A program made the translations under genes and the position numbers. A stretch of DNA of 64,000 nt from an uncultured Nitrospiraceae bacterium (GTDB lineage: Bacteria > Nitrospirota > Thermodesulfovibrionia > Thermodesulfovibrionales > Dissulfurispiraceae): the NCBI GenBank assembly GCA_963705105.1, contig CAVPIW010000011.1, positions 1 to 64,000 on the forward strand, read 5' to 3'. The notes under the pieces were generated by a model. That model saw nothing but the letters and a program-made list of their open reading frames with translations, searched no databases and was not told where the DNA came from. Positions 29,416 to 38,460 of the stretch are shown in pieces; the stretch's first letter is position 1, and every line of letters begins with the position of its first letter.

Positions 29416-30039
29416 ATGATCATCCCTGTTTCACCGGTCAACGAGAAGAACGCAGTCGCCACAGCCCTGAAGGTCTTGACGGAAGGAGGCATCATCGCCT
29501 ATCCGACGGAGACCTTTTATGCACTCGGAGCCAGGTATGACCATCCCGTCGCACTGGAAAGACTTTGTTCTATAAAAAGCCGGGCGACGGACCGGACGCT
29601 GCCCCTCATCATCGGGTCCGAAGAGCACCTGCCATTGCTTGCCGAGCACGTGCCGGCCCTGGCGAGGAGGCTCATGGGGCGGTTTTGGCCCGGTCCCCTG
29701 ACCGTCGTTCTCCCCGCCAGGGCCGGTCTTGACGACCGCATCACCAGTGGCGGGAAGGTGGCCCTGCGCATTCCCGGTGAGTCCTTCGCCCTCAGGCTCG
29801 CGAAAGTCTCCCCTTTCCCGGTGACGGCGACGAGCGCAAACATCTCGGGCAAGCCGCCGGCGGACACCGCCTCCATGGTGACCGCGTATTTCGGTGACTC
29901 CGTCGATGCCGTTTTCGACGGGGGGAAGACCCCCGGCGGTCTTCCGTCGACGATCGTCGATGCCGCCGGAGAGACCCTGCAGATCCTGAGGGAAGGAGCG
30001 ATTCCGGCAAGAAATATCCTTCTTGCACTGACCTCCTGA
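29416..30039 (+). CDS. tsaC: Threonylcarbamoyl-AMP synthase (TsaC/YrdC)
   Basis: AYPTETFYALG, FWPGPLT, TATSANISG, PSTIVD. Confidence 0.92.
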   Translation: MIIPVSPVNEKNAVATALKVLTEGGIIAYPTETFYALGARYDHPVALERLCSIKSRATDRTLPLIIGSEEHLPLLAEHVPALARRLMGRFWPGPLTVVLPARAGLDDRITSGGKVALRIPGESFALRLAKVSPFPVTATSANISGKPPADTASMVTAYFGDSVDAVFDGGKTPGGLPSTIVDAAGETLQILREGAIPARNILLALTS

Positions 30040-30239
30040 AGAGCCCGGCAGGACTGCCTCACCTTTCCTTCCTTTCCCCTTGAAAAAGGGGGTTGCAGGG
30101 GGTTGTCCTTCCCCGGCCTGCCGGAACTCCACATTCCCCCTCGACGGTGACAACAGTAAATGTCATTTGCTGAACGATCGTTGCCGGATCATGAATGTTC
30201 ACTATTCGTATTTTTTTGTATCATATTCTAATTTTTTTG

Positions 30240-30269
30240 TTGACAAAGGTTATGTTTACTGTATACAAT
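30240..30269 (+). promoter_or_regulatory. Putative sigma70 promoter
   Basis: TTGACA-N18-TACAAT after an AT-rich tract, 20 bp before the GTG at 30289. Confidence 0.5.
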
Positions 30270-30288
30270 TTGACAATGGAGCGCACGC

Positions 30289-30834
30289 GTGCTTAAGACC
30301 CTGTTCTCCTCATCCATACGTGCTGAACTTCTGGCACTGCTGCTCAACAGGCCCGATGAGAAGTTTTACATCCGGGAAATCGCGAAGATGCTGAAGAAGA
30401 ATCCTTCGGGAGTAAAGAGGGAGCTCGACAAGCTGGAGGAGATGGAAATCGTTCTGAGTGAGAGAATCGCCAATCTCAGGTATTTCCGGTCGAACCGGAA
30501 CTCTCCCTTTTTCACGGAGCTGAAGGATCTGATTTCCAAATCGATCGGCCTCAGCGGGAATCTGAAAGACCTGTTGCGGGCGAACGGCATTAAGACGGCT
30601 TTTATCCACGGTCCGTATGTAAACGGAGATGATGCCCCGAATGTTGATGTCATCGTAGTCGGCCCGGTCTCACCGGCGCTCACACACGGTTTGCAGGAGC
30701 TCGAAAAAAAATTCTGTAAAAAAATACAGTGTTCATTTATCGAAGAACCTGATTACAGGCTCAGAAAGAAGAAAGACCCGGAACTGAAGCTGATTCTCTC
30801 AGGCAAGAGAATTCCGCTGCTGGGACGGGCATGA
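30289..30834 (+). CDS. Winged-helix protein fused to a degenerate nucleotidyltransferase-like domain
   Basis: LFSSSIRAELL...FYIREIA...VKRELDKLE...NLRYFRSN (wHTH); AFIHGPYVNG...NVDVIVVG resembles the minimal NTase hG[GS]..D.D motif with substitutions. Confidence 0.75.
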   Translation: MLKTLFSSSIRAELLALLLNRPDEKFYIREIAKMLKKNPSGVKRELDKLEEMEIVLSERIANLRYFRSNRNSPFFTELKDLISKSIGLSGNLKDLLRANGIKTAFIHGPYVNGDDAPNVDVIVVGPVSPALTHGLQELEKKFCKKIQCSFIEEPDYRLRKKKDPELKLILSGKRIPLLGRA

Positions 30835-30899
30835 GCTTTTTCCACAGCCGTAGACCGTGTGATTGTGAGTGATCCAAACAAAGAAAGGGGGTGAAGAGA

Positions 30900-30977
30900 A
30901 TGGCGACAAAGAAGGCTCCTGCGAAGAAGGCGGCGACGAAGACCACTGCGAAGAAGACGTCGACGAAGAAGAAATAG
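30900..30977 (+). CDS. 25-aa Lys/Ala/Thr-rich histone-H1-like small protein MATKKAPAKKAATKTTAKKTSTKKK
   Basis: Strong RBS aagaaagggggtga just upstream, host-like codons, followed by a terminator; below the ORF-track size cut-off. Confidence 0.7.
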   Translation: MATKKAPAKKAATKTTAKKTSTKKK

Positions 30978-30992
30978 AATCAGATCGACAGG

Positions 30993-31049
30993 AAGGGGAT
31001 ACCGGCGTTTCTCCGTGCCGTTATGGAGAAAGGCGGTATCCCCTTTTTA
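30993..31049 (+). terminator. Rho-independent terminator
   Basis: aggggataccg...tttctcc...ggagaaa...cggtatcccct followed by a T-run. Confidence 0.75.
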
Positions 31050-31104
31050 TTGCCCGAAGATATTTCTTCTTGATATCAGGGGGATGCGAAGGCGAGTCGC
31101 GGTG

Positions 31105-31989
31105 CTACGAGTAGTTCGAGACGTGCCTGCTCAGGTGGTCGACGTCGCTGACGAGCTGGTAGCAATCGACGGACGCGAAGAGCTTCTTGAGAAAATTGAT
31201 GTTTGCCGTGTGACCCGACTTCTCGAAGATAATGTGCCCCTGGATGGGGAACCCGAGGAGGGAAATATCTCCGATGGAGTCGAGTATCTTGTGCCGCACG
31301 AACTCGTCATTAAAGCGGAGTCCCGATTTGTTGATGATCCCGTTGTCGCCGACGATGACCGCGTTGTCGAGGGATCCGCCCCTGGCAAGTCCCTTTGCCC
31401 TCAATTTTTCGACATCCCTGAGAAACCCGAAGGTTCTCGCCGGAGCGAGCTCACTGATGAAGCTGTTCTCGTTGAGATCGATAGTCATCTCCTGCTGCCC
31501 GATCAGGTTGTCGTGAAAATTGATATAGCAGGATATGCGCGTCGTCTCGCAGGGAAGGGCCAGGATCCGGGAATGCGCATCTTCATACACGACGGGCCTC
31601 AGGATCTTGACGTAGGGGAGCTTTTTCCCCTGCTTTGCGATTCCCGCATCGAGGATGATCCCGACGAGATGGGTCGAGCTGCCGTCGAGTATGGGGATTT
31701 CAGGGCCTTCGACCTCGATGATAATGTTATCGATGCCGAGTCCGGACAGCGCGGCAAGAAGGTGTTCGACGGTCCTGATCTTGACGCCGTTGAACCCGAT
31801 CGTCGTTGCGAAGGCCGTGTCGACGACATAATTGACACTGGAACGCATGAGCGCGTTCTTGTCGGAACGGAAAAATATGACGCCTGTATCCACCGGGGCG
31901 GGCTTCAGCCGCACCGTCGCATATTTGCCGGTATGCAGGCCGATACCGCCGAAGGTGATCTCTTTCTTGATTGTACGCTGTAATCTCAT
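31105..31989 (-). CDS. lpxC: UDP-3-O-acyl-GlcNAc deacetylase LpxC (start MRLQRT at 31989)
   Basis: GIGLHTG, TVEHLLAAL, PILDGS, ARTFGF, RHKILD, SGH. Confidence 0.96.
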   Translation of the reverse strand: MRLQRTIKKEITFGGIGLHTGKYATVRLKPAPVDTGVIFFRSDKNALMRSSVNYVVDTAFATTIGFNGVKIRTVEHLLAALSGLGIDNIIIEVEGPEIPILDGSSTHLVGIILDAGIAKQGKKLPYVKILRPVVYEDAHSRILALPCETTRISCYINFHDNLIGQQEMTIDLNENSFISELAPARTFGFLRDVEKLRAKGLARGGSLDNAVIVGDNGIINKSGLRFNDEFVRHKILDSIGDISLLGFPIQGHIIFEKSGHTANINFLKKLFASVDCYQLVSDVDHLSRHVSNYS

Positions 31990-32002
31990 CAGTTTGAAAT
32001 TT

Positions 32003-32018
32003 AGCAATTAATATGCCA
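32003..32018 (-). promoter_or_regulatory. Sigma54 promoter of lpxC
   Basis: Minus strand TGGCAT-ATTAA-TTGCT, close to consensus. Confidence 0.75.
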
Positions 32019-32117
32019 CTAAAATGTCCTGATAAAACAGTGCCCTTGAACGGCGATGGTGTTGATTAATTGCGATGCTGTGGAATATTTGCCACACCCC
32101 GCCCTCCCTTTCTTTAT

Positions 32118-32640
32118 CTCAACGGTCGTTGCAACAGGACCTCCGGATAGACGGGGCGAAGATATCACTGAAAAATAGACGGTAGACAGCAGACAATATA
32201 TTGTATAGTCGGAACAAAGCCACGACCACCTGGGCGGGAAGGCCGATGTGGTGATAAGCCTTTCCGCTAAGATACCGTATTCGTCACCAGACCACACTTT
32301 GCCGTGTCTATCGACAGCAAATGCCCGCCGGGCAGCAAGCGCTGAACACCCTGGGATGTCTCATCATCGCATTGGAAAGGCTTTGAACCATATATCTGCC
32401 TTCCCGAAGGGGGCGCAGATATCAGAACTATTCCTTTCACTCACACTCACACTCACACTCACACTGTTTTTCAGGAGCTATTCCTTTCACTCACACTCAC
32501 ACTCACACTGTTTTTCAGGAGCTATTCCTTTCACTCACACTCACACTCACACTGTTTTTCAGAAGCTATTCCTTTCACTCACACTCACACTCACACTCAC
32601 ACTCACACTGTTTTTCAGAGCGCTTCACCCCGCCTTGCTA
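32118..32640 (+). repeat. Element B containing heptamers, element A (32236-32405) and a 4-unit compound minisatellite (32428-32620)
   Basis: gtcgttgcaacaggacctccggatagacggggcg...agacggt agacagc agacaat...[A]...(ctattccttt(cactca)n cactgtttttcagRag)x4...cgcttcaccccgcctt. Confidence 0.85.
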
Positions 32641-34026
32641 CCGCTCCACCTCGCCCCCGACGACGATCTCCCGGATCCTCAGCGTCGGCATCGCATCGGA
32701 AACGGGTACTCCCTGCGAGTCCTTTCCGCAGGTCCCGATGGAAAACCCGAGGTCCGATCCGACCATATCGATGGACTGCAGGATCTCGGGGCCGTTCCCG
32801 ATGAGTGTCGCGCCGCGGACCGGCTCTCCGGCCTCACCGTTTTCGATCAGGTATCCCTCCTGCACTTCAAAGACGAAATCGCCCGACACGGTGTCAACCT
32901 GTCCTCCGCCCATCTTCCTGACAAGAAGCCCCCGGTCCGTCGACCTCATCACATCCCCGGGCGAGTCCTTGCCTGGTTCGATGAACGTGTTGGTCATCCG
33001 GGGGATCGGCTTGTGCGCGTACGACTCCCTCCTGCCGTTCCCTGTGGACCGGGTCCCGTCGACCATGGCCGTATACCGGTCATAGAGATATCCCGTCAAT
33101 ATGCCATCCCTGACAAGGACCGTCCTGCCCGCGGGAGTTCCCTCGTCGTCGCAGGCATAGGACCCCCTTTTGTTCGGCAAAGTGGCGTCATCGATGACCG
33201 TTATGACAGGGGATGCGACAGGTTTCCCCATCTTCCCCGAATAGATGGAGAGCCCCTGCTGTGCCAGGTCGGCCTCGAGTCCATGGCCGATCGCCTCGTG
33301 GATCATCGTGCCGCCTGCCTCGGATGAGATCACCACGGGCATCCTCCCGCCGGGAGCCCTCCGTGCTTTCAGCATCATGACAGCCCTGGCAGCAGCCCTG
33401 TGGGCGACTTCATGGAACGGGAACTCCTCAAACAACTCAAAACCTGTATGCCCTCCCGCGGATTCATGGCCAGTCTGGATGACGCCCCCGTCTATGGCGA
33501 TGACATGGACAATCCCCGTCGTGTATGTCCGGTGATCCCCGACGATGGATCCCTCAGAGGTGGCGATTTTGACGTCCTGCACGGAGTCGCGGTACACCAC
33601 CGACACCTGCCGGACAAGGCTGTCGAACGCACGGGCCCTCCTGTTGGCTTCCATCACAATGCCGATCTTGACAGGCACCGCCACATTATCGGGCGGCACC
33701 CTCACGGGGAATGACTTCACCGGCGTGCCGCCTGCCAGGTTGATGACCACATCCCTCTCAGCCTGGCGCGCCGCCTGGCTCACGGTACGCGCCAGATCGC
33801 CCAACACCGTCTCGTCAAAGTCGTTGCTGTATGCGTAGGCGGTCTTCCGCCCCCAGATCAGGCGAATGCCGACGCCGGCGCTCGATCCGGCGATCACCTT
33901 TTCGATCTTGTCATCCTCGACCTGTATTGAAAGTGTCTTCCTGCGTTCGATATACACGTCGGCGTATTCGCCGCCCCGGGAAAGGGCTTTCTTTAGAAGC
34001 TTCTGCAGGACCTTGTCATCGATCAT
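32638..34026 (-). CDS. tldD: TldD family metalloprotease
   Basis: HEAIGHGLEAD (HExxxH), DDEG, PIPRMTNT, GTCGKDSQGVPV. Confidence 0.92.
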   Translation of the reverse strand: MIDDKVLQKLLKKALSRGGEYADVYIERRKTLSIQVEDDKIEKVIAGSSAGVGIRLIWGRKTAYAYSNDFDETVLGDLARTVSQAARQAERDVVINLAGGTPVKSFPVRVPPDNVAVPVKIGIVMEANRRARAFDSLVRQVSVVYRDSVQDVKIATSEGSIVGDHRTYTTGIVHVIAIDGGVIQTGHESAGGHTGFELFEEFPFHEVAHRAAARAVMMLKARRAPGGRMPVVISSEAGGTMIHEAIGHGLEADLAQQGLSIYSGKMGKPVASPVITVIDDATLPNKRGSYACDDEGTPAGRTVLVRDGILTGYLYDRYTAMVDGTRSTGNGRRESYAHKPIPRMTNTFIEPGKDSPGDVMRSTDRGLLVRKMGGGQVDTVSGDFVFEVQEGYLIENGEAGEPVRGATLIGNGPEILQSIDMVGSDLGFSIGTCGKDSQGVPVSDAMPTLRIREIVVGGEVER

Positions 34027-34098
34027 GTATCCTCCCACTTTTGTCCAAAATCGCTCTCAATGGATCATTTACTCCGGCAATTGAATCCTTTTAACCCT

Positions 34099-34183
34099 GT
34101 CAGTGCCGCAACCCCGCACCTGATGCGGGGGCGTCGGCAATCCTTCTGAAAACAAGAAGGATTCCGGACAATCCGGAATGACA
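34099..34183 (-). repeat. TGTCATTCC...ATGAC-type palindromic element E (second copy 55515-55610, + strand)
   Basis: Reverse complement tgtcattccggattgtccggaatccttcttgttttcagaaggattgccgacg...gcggcactgaca matches the copy at 55515. Confidence 0.8.
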
Positions 34184-34262
34184 AACCTCAATACGTTTGA
34201 TGTGTTTAATTGCCTGATTAATAGAAAAACGATACTATCCATATTACCATACCGGCCGGGCC

Positions 34263-34445
34263 GGTAAGACAGTCATAGGCAGGTAGACAGTAAACCCCGT
34301 AGTTGCATGGAAAGGCGGGCGGGAAGGCCGATGTGCTTTGAACCACATCTGACTTCCCGGCAAAACAGCATTCTAATCGGAACCGAACAGAAGACTGCCG
34401 ACTTTTGCCTTGACTGACACAGACACTGACACGAACACTGACTAT
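34263..34445 (+). repeat. Heptamers, a reversed B right end, a collapsed 38-bp element A (34321-34358) and hexamers
   Basis: gggaaggccgatgtgctttgaaccacatctgacttccc is the two A termini joined. Confidence 0.75.
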
Positions 34446-34461
34446 AAGGTACAATATCTTT

Positions 34462-35247
34462 ATGACACTGGCAGTCATCGGCGGCAGCGGACTCCAGGAC
34501 ATCCCGGGCCTGCGCAGGAAGAAGGAGGTGCACATCACGACTCCCTTCGGGGAGCCGTCGGCGCCCTATACGATCTGCTCGCTCGGTGACAGAGACATCG
34601 TTTTTCTCTCACGCCATGGCAGGGAACACACGATCCCGCCGCACCGCATCAACTACCGCGCCAATCTCTGGGGCCTGAAATCTCTCGGCGTCGAGCGCAT
34701 CATCTCCATCAGTGCCGTCGGCTCTATGAACAGCTCCTTCAGGCCGGGAGCGATCGTCCTCCTTGACCAGGTGATCGATTATACGGGGGGATCACGGCCG
34801 TCGACGTTTCATGACGAGGGAACGGTCATTCATATCGATCTCACCGATCCTTTTTGCGGTGAGATGAGGGGAGCGATCCTGGAGGCGGGACGCCGGTGCG
34901 GTGTGCCGGTCCATACCCCGGGCACATACATCTGCGTCAACGGTCCCCGGCTGGAAACGGCGGCGGAAATCCGTTTTTTTACTCAGATCGGCGCCGATGT
35001 GGTCGGGATGACGGCAATGCCTGAAGCCGCCCTGGCACGGGAAAGCGAGATCTGCATGTCCTTGCTGGGGGTGGTAACGAACGCCGCAGCCGGCATCTCT
35101 GAAAGGAAGCTGACGACGACAGAAGTCATTGAAACCATGGGACGATCTCTCGATGTGGTCCGCACGCTCCTCGTCGATTCCGCTGGTCTGATTCCCACTT
35201 TGCGAACGTGCCCCTGCAGGCACGCCCTCGCGGACGCCGGGATGTAA
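34462..35247 (+). CDS. mtnP: Methylthioadenosine/methylthioinosine phosphorylase
   Basis: IGGSG, TPFGEPS, RHGREHTIPPHRINYRAN, GPRLETAAE, DVVGMT. Confidence 0.9.
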   Translation: MTLAVIGGSGLQDIPGLRRKKEVHITTPFGEPSAPYTICSLGDRDIVFLSRHGREHTIPPHRINYRANLWGLKSLGVERIISISAVGSMNSSFRPGAIVLLDQVIDYTGGSRPSTFHDEGTVIHIDLTDPFCGEMRGAILEAGRRCGVPVHTPGTYICVNGPRLETAAEIRFFTQIGADVVGMTAMPEAALARESEICMSLLGVVTNAAAGISERKLTTTEVIETMGRSLDVVRTLLVDSAGLIPTLRTCPCRHALADAGM

Positions 35248-35419
35248 ATGGACAGTTGACAGCAGACAGTAGTCGGAATAAGACCGTAAAAAGGCGGACG
35301 GGAAGGCTGAACATCGCATTGGAAAGGATTTGAACCATATCTGCATTCCCGGTAAAAGCGTCGCAATCGGCTACACATAGAGAAACTTCAACCTGCCTTT
35401 TCATGAAACGGCAGGTTGA
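35245..35419 (+). repeat. Heptamers, a collapsed 51-bp element A (35300-35350) and a B-like right end
   Basis: gggaaggctgaacatcgcattggaaaggatttgaaccatatctgcattccc; downstream flank resembles 55785-55845. Confidence 0.75.
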
Positions 35420-35543
35420 CAGAAAATAACTAATCATATTATTCTAAAACAATACGTTATTCATTCTACGCATACCCTGCACTACTCAGCGACAGCATCC
35501 AGGCATCTTATCCGGTCTACATGATGAGAGGGGGCCAACAACG

Positions 35544-36296
35544 ATGGCGGGACATTCCAAATGGGCTCAGATCAAGCATAAGAAGGCACACACAGACGCA
35601 AAAAGGGGAAAGGCGTTCACGAAGGTCGTGAAGGAGATTTCCGTCGCCGCCCGCATCGGCGGCGGCGATGCCGATGGCAATCCCCGCCTGAGGGCGGCAA
35701 TCGAGAAGGCGAAAGAGGCGAACATGCCGTCCGAGAACATCAAGCGTGCGGTCATGAAAGGCACCGGCGAACTTCCCGGCACGACCTATGAGGAATCGGT
35801 CTATGAAGGGTACGGACCCGGCGGTGTCGCCCTCCTCATAGAGGTGCTCACGGACAACAAGAACCGCACCGTATCGGAGGTGAGGCACATCCTGTCGAAG
35901 CAGGGCGGGTCCCTCGGTGAGGCGGGCTGCGTGTCCTGGATGTTCGAAAAAAAAGGGTATATACTCGTCGAAAAAACGAAGGTCGATGAAGACACCCTCA
36001 TCAGCGTCGCCCTCGACTCCGGCGCCGACGACATGAAAAACGATCCCAAAGAGGACAATTATGAGATCATCACGGCGCCTGAGAGCCTCGGGACCGTTCA
36101 GAAAGCCCTGCAAGAAGCCGGGATCCCCATTTCCCTCGCCGAGATAACGATGCTGCCGAAGAGTTACGTATCCCTGGAAGGACAGGCGGCGGACCAGATG
36201 CTCAGGCTCCTCGATGCCCTCGAAGACAACGAAGACGTGCAGAATGTCTACGCGAACTTCAACGTGCCCGATGAAGCGATGGTGATGGGAGATTAA
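35544..36296 (+). CDS. yebC: YebC/PmpR family protein
   Basis: [37 protein letters not shown]. Confidence 0.97.
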   Translation: MAGHSKWAQIKHKKAHTDAKRGKAFTKVVKEISVAARIGGGDADGNPRLRAAIEKAKEANMPSENIKRAVMKGTGELPGTTYEESVYEGYGPGGVALLIEVLTDNKNRTVSEVRHILSKQGGSLGEAGCVSWMFEKKGYILVEKTKVDEDTLISVALDSGADDMKNDPKEDNYEIITAPESLGTVQKALQEAGIPISLAEITMLPKSYVSLEGQAADQMLRLLDALEDNEDVQNVYANFNVPDEAMVMGD

Positions 36297-36364
36297 GGCA
36301 ACGCGCCAGGGTCCGGGCAGCACATTGAAATAAGGGAGAATCAGCAAGTAAAATATAGGGGTAT

Positions 36365-37024
36365 ATGGTCGATTCGATCCGAACTACCATCAGGCGAAAA
36401 TTTCTCACCGGTCTCATCATTACAATCCCAGGTGTTATCACATTATTCGTCATCCTCACCCTCTTCAAGTTCATCGACGGACTCCTCGGTCCTTTTATCG
36501 ACCTCTTCCTCGGCAAGCATGTGGCCGGTCTGGGTTTTGTCGCCGTCATCGCCGTCATCTTCCTGACGGGCATCTTATCGACGAATGTCTTCGGTCAGCG
36601 CCTCGTCAGGATCGTCGAGACCCTCTTTCTGAGCATGCCCGTCGTCAAGAGCGTTTACACCGCCGTCAAACAGCTCCTCGATGCCTTCTCCCCGCACAAC
36701 AAGAGCTCTTTCAGACGTTTCGTCATCGTCGAATACCCGAGGCCGGGCGCCTACGCCTTCGGGTTTCTGACGAAAGAGTGCGTCATCCATTCCTGCAGCG
36801 CCGAGATACCCCTGAAGGCCGTCTATGTGCCGACGAACAACCTCTATCTCGGTGAGGTCGTCCTTCTTGAAGATAAAAACATTACCTATACGGACATCCC
36901 GATCGATGAGGGTATCCGCATCATCCTGTCCGGAGGCACCGCGGCTCCCCCGACGATCATGGAATCGATGCGCAGCGATCCGGACCAGGCAAGCCGGGTG
37001 CTCTTCGATAAGGTAACAGGCTGA
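36365..37024 (+). CDS. DUF502 membrane protein
   Basis: FLTGL N-terminus, PVVKSVY, VEYPRPG, VYVPT. Confidence 0.85.
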   Translation: MVDSIRTTIRRKFLTGLIITIPGVITLFVILTLFKFIDGLLGPFIDLFLGKHVAGLGFVAVIAVIFLTGILSTNVFGQRLVRIVETLFLSMPVVKSVYTAVKQLLDAFSPHNKSSFRRFVIVEYPRPGAYAFGFLTKECVIHSCSAEIPLKAVYVPTNNLYLGEVVLLEDKNITYTDIPIDEGIRIILSGGTAAPPTIMESMRSDPDQASRVLFDKVTG

Positions 37025-37026
37025 AC

Positions 37027-38409
37027 ATGAATCTCTCAACGGTCATCCTTGCGGCAGGCCTCGGCACGAGAATGAAGTCGGCCACGCCCAAGGTGCTTCA
37101 CCGGATTTACGGGAAACCCCTCGTGCGGTACGTCATGGATGCGCTCCTCCCGATGCGCCCCCGGAAGGCCGTCGTCGTCATCGGGCCCGAAGGCGACGCA
37201 GTCAGGGAGGCCCTGCAGGAATGTGCCGTCGATTTCGCCCTTCAGCCCGTGCCGAAGGGCACCGGCGACGCCATGAAAGCCGCTGCGCAGGTGATCGGTC
37301 ACTTTGACGGGACGGTCATCGTCGTGAGCGGCGACACACCTCTGATCAGGACATCGACGATAGAGCGGTTCCTGGACCTTCATCACGGGAACGGAGAAGA
37401 CCTGTCCATCCTTTCATTCACAGCCACTGGGGACCATGCTTACGGCCGGATCGTCAGGAATAACGGAGCCGTCGCCGCCGTCGTCGAGGACAGGGACGCC
37501 CGCGGCACAATCAGGGAGATCCGGGAGGTCAACAGCGGCATCTATGCGATCGGGTCCCGCCTGCTCTCTCTCCTCGCGGACATACCCCTGAATGAAGACA
37601 AGGGTGAATACTATCTCACCGATATCGTCGGCATCGCCGCCGGCAGGGGGCACAGGATAGGCGCCCATATGCTCGGTGACGAACTGGAGCTGACAGGCAT
37701 CAACACGAGGGCTGAGCTTCAGCGGGCCGGTCTTGCCCTCAGGGACAGGATCGTTGCGGAATGGATGGACCGGGGGGTCTCCTTCATCGACGCCTCGGCG
37801 GTCCACATCCATCCTGACGTGGTCATCGGGGCGGATACCTGCATTTACCCGAACGTGTTCCTCGAGGGGAAAACGGTCGTCGGCAGGGGCTGCATCATTT
37901 ACCCGGGAGCGAGGGTCGTCGGCAGCAGGCTCGGAGACAATGTGACGATACTGGACTCGACACTTATCGAATCGTCGGAGGTCCTCGACGGCACCGTCAT
38001 CGGCCCCTTTGCGCACCTCAGGCCCGGCTGTGTCATCGGCCCGTCGGCGAAGATCGGCAATTTCGTCGAGGTCAAGAAGTCTTCGATCGGGAGCAATACC
38101 AAGGCGTCTCATCTCAGCTACATCGGCGACGCCGAAATCGGCAGTAATGTCAATGTCGGAGCGGGGACCATCACCTGCAATTACGACGGTGCGAAGAAGC
38201 ACAGGACCGTCATCGAAGACGGCGCCTTTATCGGCAGCGACAGCCAGCTCGTCGCGCCGGTCCGCATCGGAAAGGGGGCCTACATCGGCTCGGGCACGAC
38301 CGTCACGCGAGACGTCCCCGACGATGCCCTCGCCGTCAGCAGGGTGAAGCAGCGGAACTTCGAAGACTGGGCAACACGGAAACGGGGCGCCGGTCCCGGC
38401 AAGAAATAA
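37027..38409 (+). CDS. glmU: Bifunctional UDP-GlcNAc pyrophosphorylase / acetyltransferase
   Basis: LAAGLGTRMKS..PKVLH, GEYYLTD, GNFVEVKK, GTITCNYDG. Confidence 0.97.
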   Translation: MNLSTVILAAGLGTRMKSATPKVLHRIYGKPLVRYVMDALLPMRPRKAVVVIGPEGDAVREALQECAVDFALQPVPKGTGDAMKAAAQVIGHFDGTVIVVSGDTPLIRTSTIERFLDLHHGNGEDLSILSFTATGDHAYGRIVRNNGAVAAVVEDRDARGTIREIREVNSGIYAIGSRLLSLLADIPLNEDKGEYYLTDIVGIAAGRGHRIGAHMLGDELELTGINTRAELQRAGLALRDRIVAEWMDRGVSFIDASAVHIHPDVVIGADTCIYPNVFLEGKTVVGRGCIIYPGARVVGSRLGDNVTILDSTLIESSEVLDGTVIGPFAHLRPGCVIGPSAKIGNFVEVKKSSIGSNTKASHLSYIGDAEIGSNVNVGAGTITCNYDGAKKHRTVIEDGAFIGSDSQLVAPVRIGKGAYIGSGTTVTRDVPDDALAVSRVKQRNFEDWATRKRGAGPGKK

Positions 38410-38460
38410 AGAAAAGGAGGGCTGAGCGGCGGCCCCGCAGGGCCGGCGAGAGCAACTGCC

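Noticed and set aside
32428..32620. CRISPR array
   Set aside because: The apparent spacers are all the same CACTCA microsatellite, and there are no cas genes in the window.
38410..38460. glmS ribozyme upstream of either glmS copy
   Set aside because: The gap here is only about 50 bp with a simple GC hairpin, and I recognised no ribozyme core upstream of 6699.
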